Source of the DNA: Roseibacillus sp.
GTDB taxonomy: Bacteria > Verrucomicrobiota > Verrucomicrobiia > Verrucomicrobiales > Akkermansiaceae
DNA: 64,000 nt
Assembly (NCBI GenBank): GCA_965242925.1
Contig: CBDEUM010000018.1
Span: 1-64,000, forward strand
Direction of reading: 5' to 3'
The notes under the pieces were generated by a model. It worked only from the letters and a program-made list of their open reading frames with translations. It was not told the DNA's origin and did not search any database. Positions 48,200-57,496 of the stretch are shown here, in pieces; within the stretch, counting starts at the first letter, position 1; each line of letters begins with the position of its first letter. The translations under genes and the position numbers were made by a program.

Positions 48200-48541
48200 T
48201 TATGCTTCCGGGTAGTGAAACTGGTCGAAAATCCCGGTTCTCCTGAAGAGCGGGTGCCAGCAACAGCTCAGCACCATGGAAGCGGCGGTAGGCAGGGCAA
48301 TACAGAGGATGATGAGGAAGGGATCGCTCATCCAGTCGGCCTGCGCGTTTCCTGCGGATACGGCAAGCAGGAGGAGGCCCGGGATGGTGGTGAGGAGTAA
48401 CCCGGGAAGGTTGAGCAATACCCAGGGAACAGCCGCGGCCCACCACAGCGGGGAGCCATTGGTTTCCAGGATAATGACGGCTCCCGCGGTGACGGTTCGC
48501 CAGAAATTGAGATTCAGGAGAAAGGGGGGGATCGGGGGCAT
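48200..48541 (-). CDS. Small hypothetical membrane protein
   Basis: Fills the gap after ptrB on the same strand; 2-3 hydrophobic stretches; no recognised motif. Confidence 0.4.
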   Translation of the reverse strand: MPPIPPFLLNLNFWRTVTAGAVIILETNGSPLWWAAAVPWVLLNLPGLLLTTIPGLLLLAVSAGNAQADWMSDPFLIILCIALPTAASMVLSCCWHPLFRRTGIFDQFHYPEA

Positions 48542-48575
48542 GCAAGGGATGAGACCCCCGTCCTTCCCGGGGTAT

Positions 48576-50678
48576 TCATTCCAATCCCGCGAGGTTGAGG
48601 AGGAAGGCGTGCTCGAGGGCGGTATCGCGGTAGCGACCGAAGCGACCGGAAGCTCCCCCGTGTCCTGAGGTCATATCCGTTTTGAGGAGGATTGGATTGC
48701 TGCCGGTTGAGCGGTGGCGGAGACGGGCAGTCCACTTGGCCGGTTCCCAGTACTGGACCTGGGAGTCGTGCAGGCCGGCCAGGATAAGAAGGGCGGGATA
48801 GTCCACCGAGGTGACGTTGTCGTAGGGGGAGTAGGAGAGCATGTAGTGGTAGGCCTCCTCGTCGGCTGGGTTGCCCCATTCGTCATATTCAAAGGTCGTG
48901 AGCGGGATGGAATCGTCGAGCATGGTGGTCACTACGTCGACGAAGGGGACATCGGCAATGAGTCCGCGAAAGAGATCCGGTCGCATATTGGCCACCGCTC
49001 CGATCAGGAGTCCTCCCGCGCTACCTCCCCCCGCGAAGATCCGTTCGGGATCGGCGTATCTTTTTTTAACGAGGTATTCAGCGCAGTCGATGAAGTCGGT
49101 GAAGGTGTTTTTTTTCTTCATGAGCTTGCCGTCTTCGTACCAGTGCCGTCCATGCTCCTGGCCGCCACGGACGTGGGCGATGGCGTAGACGAATCCCCGG
49201 TCGACCAGGCTCAGCATCGTGCTGCGAAAGCCGGCCGACATGCTGGATCCGTAGGAACCGTAACCGTAGAGGTAGAGCGGAGCGGATCCGTCTCGCTTCA
49301 CACCCTTGTGATAAACAAGGGAGATGGGGACTTTCGTTCCGTCTCCTGCGATGGCGTCAAGGCGCTCGGTGCGATAGTCGTTCCGGTCAAATCCACCCAG
49401 GACCTTCTCTTCCTTGAGGAGAGTCTTTCTCCTCGTGCTCATGTTGTAATCGAAGACGCTGTCGGGAGTCCTCATCGATTCGAAGTTGAAGCGGAGGGTT
49501 CCGGTGTTCATTTCGGCGTTTACGCCGAGCGATGCCGAATAGGCCGGTTCGTCGAAGTCAATCTCGTGCCATTCCCCCTTTGCGTTGCGGATGCGGATAC
49601 GGTTGAGGGCATCGCGTCGTTCCACCACCACGAGATAGTCCCGAAATGCCTCCACGCTGCTCAGATAGGCATCTTCACGGGCGGGAATCATCTCCCTCCA
49701 GTTCTTCTCGGCAGTTTTTCCGACCGGGGTGACCATGAGGCGGAAGTTGGGGGCCTCCTTGTTGGTGCGCACGAGGAACTGATCACCCCAGTGCTCGATG
49801 CTGTACTCAAGGTTGCGGCGGCGGGGACTGAATACCCGCGGTTCCAGATCGGGTTGGTCGGCGTCGATGAGGAGAAATTCGTCGGAGAGTGTCTGGCTGC
49901 ACCCGATGACGATGAAGCGTTCGGACTTGGTCTTGTAGACGTAGCAGCGATAGGTTTCGTCCTTTTCCTCGAATACCAGTTCATCGTCCTGCACCGGCGA
50001 GCCCAGGACGTGCCGGTAGACCTGGTAGGAGCGCAGGGTCCTGGGATCCTGGCGGGTGTAGAAAACCGTCTTGTTGTCATTGGCCCAGGCGTGGTTGCCG
50101 GTGACCTCCTCCAGTTTGTCAGGAAGGATCTCACCGGTTTCGAGATCCTTGAACTGGAGCGTGTAGATCCGGCGGCCCTGGATGTCGGTTGAGAAGGCCA
50201 CGATCTTTTCATTGGAGCTTCTTTCCCCGGTGCGGAGACTGAAGAATTCATGGCCCCTGGCGAGGGTCGGGATATCGAACATGATCTCTTCCTTCTCCGT
50301 GCCGACTTTCCGCCGACAACTGAGCGGGTAGGAGTCCCCCTTGCGGTAGCGTCGGTAGTACTCGTAGTTCTTTTCGCGGTAAGGAACGGTGGAGTCGTCC
50401 TGCACGATGCGTCCCACGATTTCTTCGAAGAGGGTCTTCTGCAAGACCTCGGTCTCCTTCAGGACGGTTCTTGTATAGGCGTTTTCGGCCTCAAGATAGG
50501 AGACAACCGCTGGATCGTCCCTCTCCTTCAACCAGTAATAGGGATCGTCGCGGGTGTGCCCGTGCGGTGCGCCGATCTTGTGGGAAATGCGCTTGGCACG
50601 GGGTGGTTTGAGATCAGCCATGAGAAGGCAGGGCGCGAGCGAGACGAGAACAAGGAGCAATCGACCGGCAGAGTTCAT
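48576..50678 (-). CDS. ptrB: Oligopeptidase B (S9A prolyl oligopeptidase family)
   Basis: DPYYWLK, YGYGSYG, HVRGG, KKNTFTDF, GGSAGG nucleophile, EYDEWGNP, DSQVQYWEPAKW, GHGG. Confidence 0.93.
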   Translation of the reverse strand: MNSAGRLLLVLVSLAPCLLMADLKPPRAKRISHKIGAPHGHTRDDPYYWLKERDDPAVVSYLEAENAYTRTVLKETEVLQKTLFEEIVGRIVQDDSTVPYREKNYEYYRRYRKGDSYPLSCRRKVGTEKEEIMFDIPTLARGHEFFSLRTGERSSNEKIVAFSTDIQGRRIYTLQFKDLETGEILPDKLEEVTGNHAWANDNKTVFYTRQDPRTLRSYQVYRHVLGSPVQDDELVFEEKDETYRCYVYKTKSERFIVIGCSQTLSDEFLLIDADQPDLEPRVFSPRRRNLEYSIEHWGDQFLVRTNKEAPNFRLMVTPVGKTAEKNWREMIPAREDAYLSSVEAFRDYLVVVERRDALNRIRIRNAKGEWHEIDFDEPAYSASLGVNAEMNTGTLRFNFESMRTPDSVFDYNMSTRRKTLLKEEKVLGGFDRNDYRTERLDAIAGDGTKVPISLVYHKGVKRDGSAPLYLYGYGSYGSSMSAGFRSTMLSLVDRGFVYAIAHVRGGQEHGRHWYEDGKLMKKKNTFTDFIDCAEYLVKKRYADPERIFAGGGSAGGLLIGAVANMRPDLFRGLIADVPFVDVVTTMLDDSIPLTTFEYDEWGNPADEEAYHYMLSYSPYDNVTSVDYPALLILAGLHDSQVQYWEPAKWTARLRHRSTGSNPILLKTDMTSGHGGASGRFGRYRDTALEHAFLLNLAGLE

Positions 50679-50774
50679 GGTTAAACCCTACTGCCATGGT
50701 CAAGGGGGGATCGGAGGCTTGTTCCCGGGCGGGGGGCGCGCTAAGGGGAGGGCCGACAATTACGCTCTGAACCG

Positions 50775-51641
50775 ATGCCGAATCCCTGGACTGGAAAAGG
50801 AAATCCCTATACGCGGGAAGAAGTGATCGAACGGTTGCAGGACAGCCTGGGCCGTGGAGAACCGATCATCGCGGCAGGAGCCGGCACGGGAATCAGTGCC
50901 AAGTTCATTGAGAAGGGTGGGGCTGACCTCATCATCATCTATAATTCCGGGCGCTTCCGCATGGCGGGGCACGGTTCCACCGCGGGCCTCATGGCCTACG
51001 GCGACGCCAATGCCGTGGCGATGGAAATCGGGGAGTTTGAAGTTCTTCCCGTGGTGGAGGAGATCCCGGTCATCTGCGGAGTGCACGGGAGCGATCCGCG
51101 GCGGCGCATGTGGCATTTTCTCGGGCAGGTCAGGGACATGGGTTTCAGTGGAGTGAACAATTTTCCCACCCACTCTATTGTGGATGGAAAGTTCCGGCAG
51201 ATTCTGGAGGAGACCGGCATGAGTGTGCAGAAGGAGGTTGATATGGTCGGGCTGGCACGCCGCATGGACCTCTTCTCCATCGTTTACGTCGGATCGCCGG
51301 AGGAGGCCCGGGAGATGGCGGAGGTGGGCGCTGATGCCATCATCGCCCACGTGGGAACCACCATCGGGGGGTCGGTCGGGGTGGTGGATGCCACCATGAC
51401 GATTGAGGAGGCAGCGGTCCGCACGCAGGAGATCATCGAGGCCGGGAAGTCGGTCCGCGACGATGTGATCTACCTCAGCCATGGGGGGCCCATTTCTACG
51501 CCGGAGGATGCGGCCTACATCAATGAGCACACTGATGCGGTGGGTTTTGTGGGAGCTTCCAGTCTGGAACGCATGGCGGTGGAGGAGTCTCTCACCAACC
51601 TCACACGCGAATTCAAGTCCATCCCGGTCAGGCGGAAGTAA
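50775..51641 (+). CDS. TIM-barrel signal transduction / PEP-hydrolase-like protein (Tm-1 C-terminal-domain homolog)
   Basis: IIAAGAGTGISAKF.E.GGADLIIIYNSGRFRMAG.GS.AGL.AYGDAN, GVNNFPT, HGGPI, GASSLER. Confidence 0.9.
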   Translation: MPNPWTGKGNPYTREEVIERLQDSLGRGEPIIAAGAGTGISAKFIEKGGADLIIIYNSGRFRMAGHGSTAGLMAYGDANAVAMEIGEFEVLPVVEEIPVICGVHGSDPRRRMWHFLGQVRDMGFSGVNNFPTHSIVDGKFRQILEETGMSVQKEVDMVGLARRMDLFSIVYVGSPEEAREMAEVGADAIIAHVGTTIGGSVGVVDATMTIEEAAVRTQEIIEAGKSVRDDVIYLSHGGPISTPEDAAYINEHTDAVGFVGASSLERMAVEESLTNLTREFKSIPVRRK

Positions 51642-51643
51642 CG

Positions 51644-52864
51644 ATGTCCACCATCGCGGTTCTCGGAACCCTCGACTCCAAGGGGGCGGAGCATGCCTTT
51701 GTGGCGGAGCAGATCCGTGCCCGCGGACACGATGTGGTCCTCATTGACGTAGGCACCGGCGGTGAACCTGAAGTAAGCCCGGCGATCACCCGTTTCGAGG
51801 TGGCTGCTGCCGGGGGCATCGATCTTCAGCCGATTCTCGACCGGCGCGACCGAGGCGAATGCGTGGGAGCGATGGCACAGGCGGTGCCCGTGCTCATGGC
51901 TCAACTGGTGGAGCAGGGCAGGATTGAGGGAGTGATCTCGCTGGGGGGCGGAGGAGGCACGGCCATCGCAACCGCGGCCATGCGGGTTCTCCCGGTGGGA
52001 TTCCCCAAGCTCATGGTCTCCACCCTGGCGAGCGGCAACACGGCTCACTATGTGGGCATCCGGGATATCGTCATGATGCCCAGTATCGTGGACGTCTCGG
52101 GGCTGAACCCGGTTTCACGCACCATCTTCACGCGGGCGGCAGGGGCCATCTGCGGAATGGTGGACAGCGAGGTGGACGTCAGTGACTCAAGGCCGATCGT
52201 AGCGGCCAGCATGTTCGGCAATACCACCGATCTCGTTTCGATGGCACGTGTGCAGCTGGAGGCAGCGGGCTACGAAGTGCTGGTCTTCCACGCCACCGGG
52301 ACGGGTGGCAAAACGATGGAAGCTCTCATCGAGAGTGGGATGGTGGCCGGGGTGCTGGACGTGACCACCACCGAGTGGGCTGACGAGCTGGTCGGCGGGG
52401 TGCTGACGGCCGGTCCGGATCGCCTTGATGCCATGAGCAGGGCGGCGGTGCCCGCAGTCATCGCACCCGGGTGTCTCGACATGGTGAATTTTGGAGAGCG
52501 CGATACGGTGCCGCAGGAATTCGAGGGTCGTGCCATTTATGAGCACAACCCGCAGGTGACCCTGGTGCGTACCAGCGCGGAAGAGTGTGTCGAGCTCGGC
52601 AGGATCCTGGCGCGGAAAGCCAACGCCAACGGGGCTCCGACCGGCATCCTCATCCCTACCAGGGCGATCAGCATGATAAGTGCTGCCGGGCAGGCTTTTC
52701 ATGATCCCGTGGCGGACGCGGCACTTTTCAGCGCGATCCGGGAAGAAGCCGAGGTGGGGGTGCAGGAGCTGGCGGTTGAGATCAACAGTGAGGAATTCGC
52801 CAAGGCCTGTGCAGAGAAACTGCTTGAGCTGATGGGCGGGGACGGATCGCCCTCTTCAGCTTGA
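51644..52864 (+). CDS. UPF0261 / Tm-1-like ATP-binding domain protein
   Basis: GTLDSKG.E, LGGGGGT, LPVGFPKLMVST, SMFGNTT, VFHATGTGG..ME, DVTTTE, DMVNFG, HNP.VTL.RT. Confidence 0.92.
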   Translation: MSTIAVLGTLDSKGAEHAFVAEQIRARGHDVVLIDVGTGGEPEVSPAITRFEVAAAGGIDLQPILDRRDRGECVGAMAQAVPVLMAQLVEQGRIEGVISLGGGGGTAIATAAMRVLPVGFPKLMVSTLASGNTAHYVGIRDIVMMPSIVDVSGLNPVSRTIFTRAAGAICGMVDSEVDVSDSRPIVAASMFGNTTDLVSMARVQLEAAGYEVLVFHATGTGGKTMEALIESGMVAGVLDVTTTEWADELVGGVLTAGPDRLDAMSRAAVPAVIAPGCLDMVNFGERDTVPQEFEGRAIYEHNPQVTLVRTSAEECVELGRILARKANANGAPTGILIPTRAISMISAAGQAFHDPVADAALFSAIREEAEVGVQELAVEINSEEFAKACAEKLLELMGGDGSPSSA

Positions 52865-52930
52865 GAGGCCGCACCAGCGCACCGGAGAGTAATTTGCTGC
52901 AATTGAGATCCCCGGATCACTCCTCCGCGG

Positions 52931-54673
52931 TTATTCATCTTCCGCTCCGCCCAGGGTCACGTTGATATTGTATTTGTTCTGAAGGTGGGCGTGGGCCCGG
53001 GCTGCCTGCTTGCTTTTCGGGTAGCGTCTGCAGGTGAGCTGGAAAGTGCGGATGGCGTTCTTGGCCTCCTTGGCTTCCTCGTAGGTGTAGGCGATTTCAA
53101 GGGTGGCCCTCGGAGCTGAGGCATCGTTGACCAGGCATTGCCTGTAGAGAGCGACAGCCTCCTTGTGCTCTCCGATCCTGCGATGGCAGATCGCCATGGC
53201 GAAGTGGGTTTTGGGGAAATCGTCGATCTGGCGGTACATCCCGATAGCCTTCTTCCACTCCGACATGCTTTCGTAGCAGCCGCCGATGGACCACTGGTAG
53301 CCCGGGGCGTTCTTGCCGTTGAGATCGATGAGCTTGACGAACACGGCGATGGCCTCGTTGAACTTGCTCATTCCCTGGTAAATCTGCGCGATCGTCTCCA
53401 GGTAACCGACCTCGTTGTCGCTGTTGAGAGCGATCAGCCGATGAAGCACCTTGATGGCCTCGGCTGGCTGCTTCACGGATTGGAGCATGGTGGCCAGTGC
53501 CTCGAGTCCCGCCACCCTGTTGTCGTACTCTTCGTAAAGCCGCCGGGCATTCTTGATGTTCTCCCGGCTCATGTGCCACTGGGCCATGCGCCCGCGGAGG
53601 TCGTCATTCCGTCCAAATTTCTCCTCTACCTCCTCGTAGATGGTCCAGATTTTGTTTGGACGGCCCAGCGTTCCGTGCAGGCCGGCGATACGGTAGAGAT
53701 GACTCCTGGCATTCTGGGAATCTTCAATGGAGTCCCGACGCACCTGAGCGATGAGCTGGTCGCCGAGTTTGAGGGCGGACCGCCTCGTCTTATCCTCCTT
53801 GAGGAGGTGGTTCATGGTCTTGACCGTCATGTCGAAGACCACCTGGATGAGTTTCTCGTCCTTGTAGCTGGTGGCCAGGGCCTTCCTGCCGGCAGCGAAG
53901 TCCTGGGCGAAGAAATACATGGTGGCGAGTTCCTGGCAGGACTGGACACAGGCGCTGGTGCTCCACTCCGTGCGTTTCATCACGTAGGTCAGGCCCTTCA
54001 GGATCTCGAGAATCCCGTCGCCGTTCTGGTGCAAGCGGGCGTAATGAAGGAGGTCGAGCGAGGAGCGCAGGGAGAGCGGAGTATCCGGGTATTCCTTGAG
54101 GACGAATTGGAAGGCGTTCTTTGCTTTTTTGACTTCTCCCATCTTCCGGTAGGCGTCGCCAATGCAGTAAGCCGCCACATTGGCAGAATGTGATTCGGGC
54201 CAGTAGTCGATGACCGACTGGAACCCTTCCCGCAGGGCGGTCTTGACCTTCTTGAGATGGATCTGGGTGTGGCTCCACATGAGTTGGGCGTAGGGAGCGC
54301 CGGGGCTCTTCTCGTAGAGGGTGAGGAACTTTTCATACTCCGCCAGGGCGACCTTGTAGTTCTTGCTGGTGTAGTACTTTTCGGCGATCTTGAGCTGGTA
54401 GCGTTCAACCTCCCGCATTTTTTCGAAGACGGGGAGGGGGATCTGCTCGAGGTCCGAGAGTGCATTGGCGGAGAGGGGGAAGAAGGCGAGCAGCAGCCCT
54501 GCCAGCGGTGCAAGCGTGGGGCCGCGATCCCGGGCCGGAGGGCGGGAGACCGTGGCAGGAAGCCAGCTCCGAAGGTGATCCGACCTGCGCTTCTTTGTGG
54601 GACGGGGGTTGTTCCCGTCCCTGCTTTCCGGCTCCCTTCCGGAGCTCAGTCTTCCTTGGTTGCCTCGAGCCAT
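52931..54673 (-). CDS. Exported TPR protein (BamD/CpoB-like repeats)
   Basis: A..[EY]..F...Y..S..A..A repeats along its length; signal-like LAGLLLAFFPLSANA. Start uncertain (ATG 54673 or TTG 54513). Confidence 0.85.
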   Translation of the reverse strand: MARGNQGRLSSGREPESRDGNNPRPTKKRRSDHLRSWLPATVSRPPARDRGPTLAPLAGLLLAFFPLSANALSDLEQIPLPVFEKMREVERYQLKIAEKYYTSKNYKVALAEYEKFLTLYEKSPGAPYAQLMWSHTQIHLKKVKTALREGFQSVIDYWPESHSANVAAYCIGDAYRKMGEVKKAKNAFQFVLKEYPDTPLSLRSSLDLLHYARLHQNGDGILEILKGLTYVMKRTEWSTSACVQSCQELATMYFFAQDFAAGRKALATSYKDEKLIQVVFDMTVKTMNHLLKEDKTRRSALKLGDQLIAQVRRDSIEDSQNARSHLYRIAGLHGTLGRPNKIWTIYEEVEEKFGRNDDLRGRMAQWHMSRENIKNARRLYEEYDNRVAGLEALATMLQSVKQPAEAIKVLHRLIALNSDNEVGYLETIAQIYQGMSKFNEAIAVFVKLIDLNGKNAPGYQWSIGGCYESMSEWKKAIGMYRQIDDFPKTHFAMAICHRRIGEHKEAVALYRQCLVNDASAPRATLEIAYTYEEAKEAKNAIRTFQLTCRRYPKSKQAARAHAHLQNKYNINVTLGGAEDE

Positions 54674-56067
54674 TTGTTGTATTCCGCGTGAGCGTAGAAG
54701 ATGATGTTCACTCCGAGCTGGAAGCAGGATTCCCAGATCTCGCGGGCTACCCCGGAGTGTCCGTCGGCCCAGGCATCGCCAATGTCGCCGGGATGGTAGT
54801 AGGTCACCAGACGACCATCAACCACCCAGCCAAGGGCATCGGTGCGACCATGCTTGGCGACATAGGGGAGCTTGGGCAGGGGGTAGGGGATCTGGTGGAT
54901 CTGGTGGTCAAGGTAGACCGTTATGGGTTCCACCCTGGGCAGAATCTTCTTCATCATGCCGACGAACTGACCTTCCCAGCCGCTGCTTCCCCCGTTGTCA
55001 CCGAAGAGCATGCCGTGCTTGTCGAGGAGATAGGAGCGCAGGATTTTGATCCCTTCCTCTCCCATCTGAATCTTCTGCTGGCCGGTCATGTAGACCATGG
55101 GAGGACTCTTGCGGGCCGGGAAGGCACGGAGGCGCTTGATATCCATGGGTTCGGGCCGGTCGCTGACGCGGTGCCCGGTGCGCACGCCATACTCGGTGAG
55201 CAGGTTAAGATCCGCTCCGCGGTCCATATCCTGTTGCCAGTCCCCCCCGTTGTACTTGAGACGGATGAAGCGCACCTTGCCGCGGGAAGTGCCTCCCGAG
55301 AATCCTGCACCCCGGCCTTCTCCCTGGCCCACCTTGTAGCGGTGAGCGGTTTCTTCGAGGAGCTGCAACCTGACATCGTCGATGGGGGGAGGATTGAAGA
55401 GGACGCTGCTGTAGGGGTTGATGATGTACTTCTTCTTGACCACCTTCTGAATCCTGACGACCTGTTTCAGACGTTCTTCCTCTCCGCCGCCGTAGGGCGA
55501 TTCGTAAATGGCGCAACCGGTCATGCTGTTGAAAATGAGGAAGGTGACGAGAAAGAGGGCGCTGTAGGCGCCCAGAGTGGCGGTGGACTGCCAGAGCTTG
55601 GGATTGCGGCGGCCAAAGTACCAGGCCCATCGGCGGAGCGGGTTCCAGGTGCGCTGTGGGTGGGGCGAGGGAGCCAGTTGCTTGGTTTTGCGGTCGACCG
55701 CCCAGACCACCCAGCACAGTCCGATGAAAAAGGAGATGGCTGCTCCGGCGCGGGAGAAGGCGTCCGAGAGCCGGTAGGCTGAGAAGACGAGAGGAACGAC
55801 CAAGGTAAACTGCCAGAGCGGGAGGAAGCCCACACTGAGAATGCCGCGGTAGAGGAGCGGCGAACGGCGACGCCAGTAACGGGCCCAGGAGAGGGGCACG
55901 GCGAGAGCCAGTCCGAATCCAATGGCGTGATTGAGGGGTGCAAGGTGGAAAAACAGGTGGGCGTCGGCCCAGAGGACGAGCCAGAGAACGGAGGCGTAGA
56001 CGGTAAGCGCGACCGGCTTTCGGCAATGGCGCAGAAACCAAGGCCCCACCTGTTTCCAGCAATTCAT
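54646..56067 (-). CDS. Polytopic membrane protein with C-terminal DUF4159 domain
   Basis: About 5-6 N-terminal TM segments; RLKYNGGDW, PMVYMTG, LRSYL..GMLFGDNG, GDIGDAW, FQLGVNIIFYA. Confidence 0.85.
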   Translation of the reverse strand: MNCWKQVGPWFLRHCRKPVALTVYASVLWLVLWADAHLFFHLAPLNHAIGFGLALAVPLSWARYWRRRSPLLYRGILSVGFLPLWQFTLVVPLVFSAYRLSDAFSRAGAAISFFIGLCWVVWAVDRKTKQLAPSPHPQRTWNPLRRWAWYFGRRNPKLWQSTATLGAYSALFLVTFLIFNSMTGCAIYESPYGGGEEERLKQVVRIQKVVKKKYIINPYSSVLFNPPPIDDVRLQLLEETAHRYKVGQGEGRGAGFSGGTSRGKVRFIRLKYNGGDWQQDMDRGADLNLLTEYGVRTGHRVSDRPEPMDIKRLRAFPARKSPPMVYMTGQQKIQMGEEGIKILRSYLLDKHGMLFGDNGGSSGWEGQFVGMMKKILPRVEPITVYLDHQIHQIPYPLPKLPYVAKHGRTDALGWVVDGRLVTYYHPGDIGDAWADGHSGVAREIWESCFQLGVNIIFYAHAEYNKWLEATKED

Positions 56068-56564
56068 TCGAGTCCGTCGAGGAAATTGTCCCTCTTGTTC
56101 TCCAGCGGATTCTTGTTGGGAGAGGCCTGCTTTTCCTCTGTTACGCCGAGGTTGGACAGGTTCGGTGCGGTCGGAGCGAGGGGATTGGCTTCCTGATCGG
56201 GGGGAGAAGGAGCGGTTGGGTCGGACGCTGGCCTGGGAATGGCCGGTTCCGCGGCGGAGGGTTGGCCGGATTTTCCGGAGGGTGCTTTCTCCCGGGGTTT
56301 GCCGGCGCCTATCGCAAAGGGGATGGCTGTAAGGAGCAATCCACCCGCGAGGACGATCATGGTGGAGATGCAGATGGCGCGGAAGAGCTGACTGGCTGCA
56401 ACGATGCCGAGCATCTCCTGCGGAGATCTGTCCTGGAGTTGTTTGAGAAAGCTCTTTAGCTCTGCTACGGTAGCGTTGCTGCTACTCCGAAGGTTGCGTA
56501 ACTCGCTCTTCGGGTTCGCCATGGGTTGAGGCGGATCTTCGCTGCTCTCGGGCTGGATTTTCAT
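56064..56564 (-). CDS. Hypothetical single-TM protein with Pro-rich linker
   Basis: ATGA overlaps with both neighbours; helix, TM, Pro/Ala/Ser-rich tract, short C-terminal motif. Confidence 0.8.
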   Translation of the reverse strand: MKIQPESSEDPPQPMANPKSELRNLRSSSNATVAELKSFLKQLQDRSPQEMLGIVAASQLFRAICISTMIVLAGGLLLTAIPFAIGAGKPREKAPSGKSGQPSAAEPAIPRPASDPTAPSPPDQEANPLAPTAPNLSNLGVTEEKQASPNKNPLENKRDNFLDGLE

Positions 56565-56974
56565 GACTCGGGTTCCGGTTCTGGTTCAAGAATGTGGACG
56601 AGGTCGCCACCGGCTTCCCCGATGGCTTGAATGACGGGTTCAAAGTGTCGGGCCTGCGCTTCCCGGTGGACTTTCAGGAAGACGTTGCGCTGTCCGGCGG
56701 GAGTCTTCCCGAGGATGGCGTTGAGGCGGGGACCGAGCAGCTCGTTCTTGATCTCTTCGCCATTGAGGTAGGTCTTGTAGGCGCTGTCGATGGCCACATT
56801 GGCGAGGGTGGCGCCGGCCCCTTCCAGATCGGAGAGAATGGCGGGGTCCCATTGCACGTGGCTGTCGTCCTGCACGCGGGCCAGGATGACGAAGAATATC
56901 AGAAGCAGAAAGCCGATGTCGCCCATCGCGAAGGAGGGAACAGTGGCGGCCATCTTTCGGCGTGCGATCTTCAT
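56561..56974 (-). CDS. exbD: Biopolymer transport ExbD/TolR family protein
   Basis: PSFAMGDIGFLLLIFFVI TM with the conserved Asp; periplasmic VAID...YLNG...VFLKVH. Confidence 0.88.
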   Translation of the reverse strand: MKIARRKMAATVPSFAMGDIGFLLLIFFVILARVQDDSHVQWDPAILSDLEGAGATLANVAIDSAYKTYLNGEEIKNELLGPRLNAILGKTPAGQRNVFLKVHREAQARHFEPVIQAIGEAGGDLVHILEPEPEPES

Positions 56975-57072
56975 CTACTCAACAGGTGAGATCCATCCGC
57001 GCCTGTTGGTGGCACTGCCGTGATTGCGGAAGGCGGCGGAGTCGCGGGGATGGGTTGTGGCTGGATTCTCAT
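56971..57072 (-). CDS. Candidate 33-aa Pro-rich small ORF bridging the two exbD genes
   Basis: ATG 1 nt after the stop of the upstream exbD; its TGA overlaps the next ATG (ATGA). MRIQPQPIPATPPPSAITAVPPTGADGSHLLSR. Confidence 0.35.
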   Translation of the reverse strand: MRIQPQPIPATPPPSAITAVPPTGADGSHLLSR

Positions 57073-57073
57073 T

Positions 57074-57496
57074 TCAATCCACGGTAATGGTTCGTTCGCT
57101 CTCCAGTTCGAGGGTGATCACTCCGCCCGCATCATCGATGACCTGCGAGACCCGGATCCAGTGGTCGTAGGGCGTTTTCGGAGCGCTCTTTACGACCACT
57201 ACCTTGTCTTCAGGGCGCTTCTTGGCCTGCAGGGCGGCGGCGAGACGGCGGCGGAACTCGTCCAGATTGAGAGGACTGCCGTTGAGCACGATGCTGGTGG
57301 GGGTGATGGAGACCTCAAGGTTCCTGCTCTGCTGCTTGCTGTCCTGCTTTTCCTCGGTGCGTGGCAGGGTCTGGGCCATTCCGGTTTCAGGTTGCACGGA
57401 GGCACAGACCAGGAAGAAGATGATGAGAATGAAGGCGATGTCCGAACTGGACGCAGCCGGAGGATCAACCAGGAGCTGACGACGGGGGAGCTTCAC
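57074..57496 (-). CDS. exbD: Biopolymer transport ExbD/TolR family protein
   Basis: PAASSSDIAFILIIFFLV TM with the conserved Asp; LP motif; VVVKS...TPY..W..V...I..AGG. GTG start overlaps the exbB stop (GTGA). Confidence 0.88.
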   Translation of the reverse strand: MKLPRRQLLVDPPAASSSDIAFILIIFFLVCASVQPETGMAQTLPRTEEKQDSKQQSRNLEVSITPTSIVLNGSPLNLDEFRRRLAAALQAKKRPEDKVVVVKSAPKTPYDHWIRVSQVIDDAGGVITLELESERTITVD

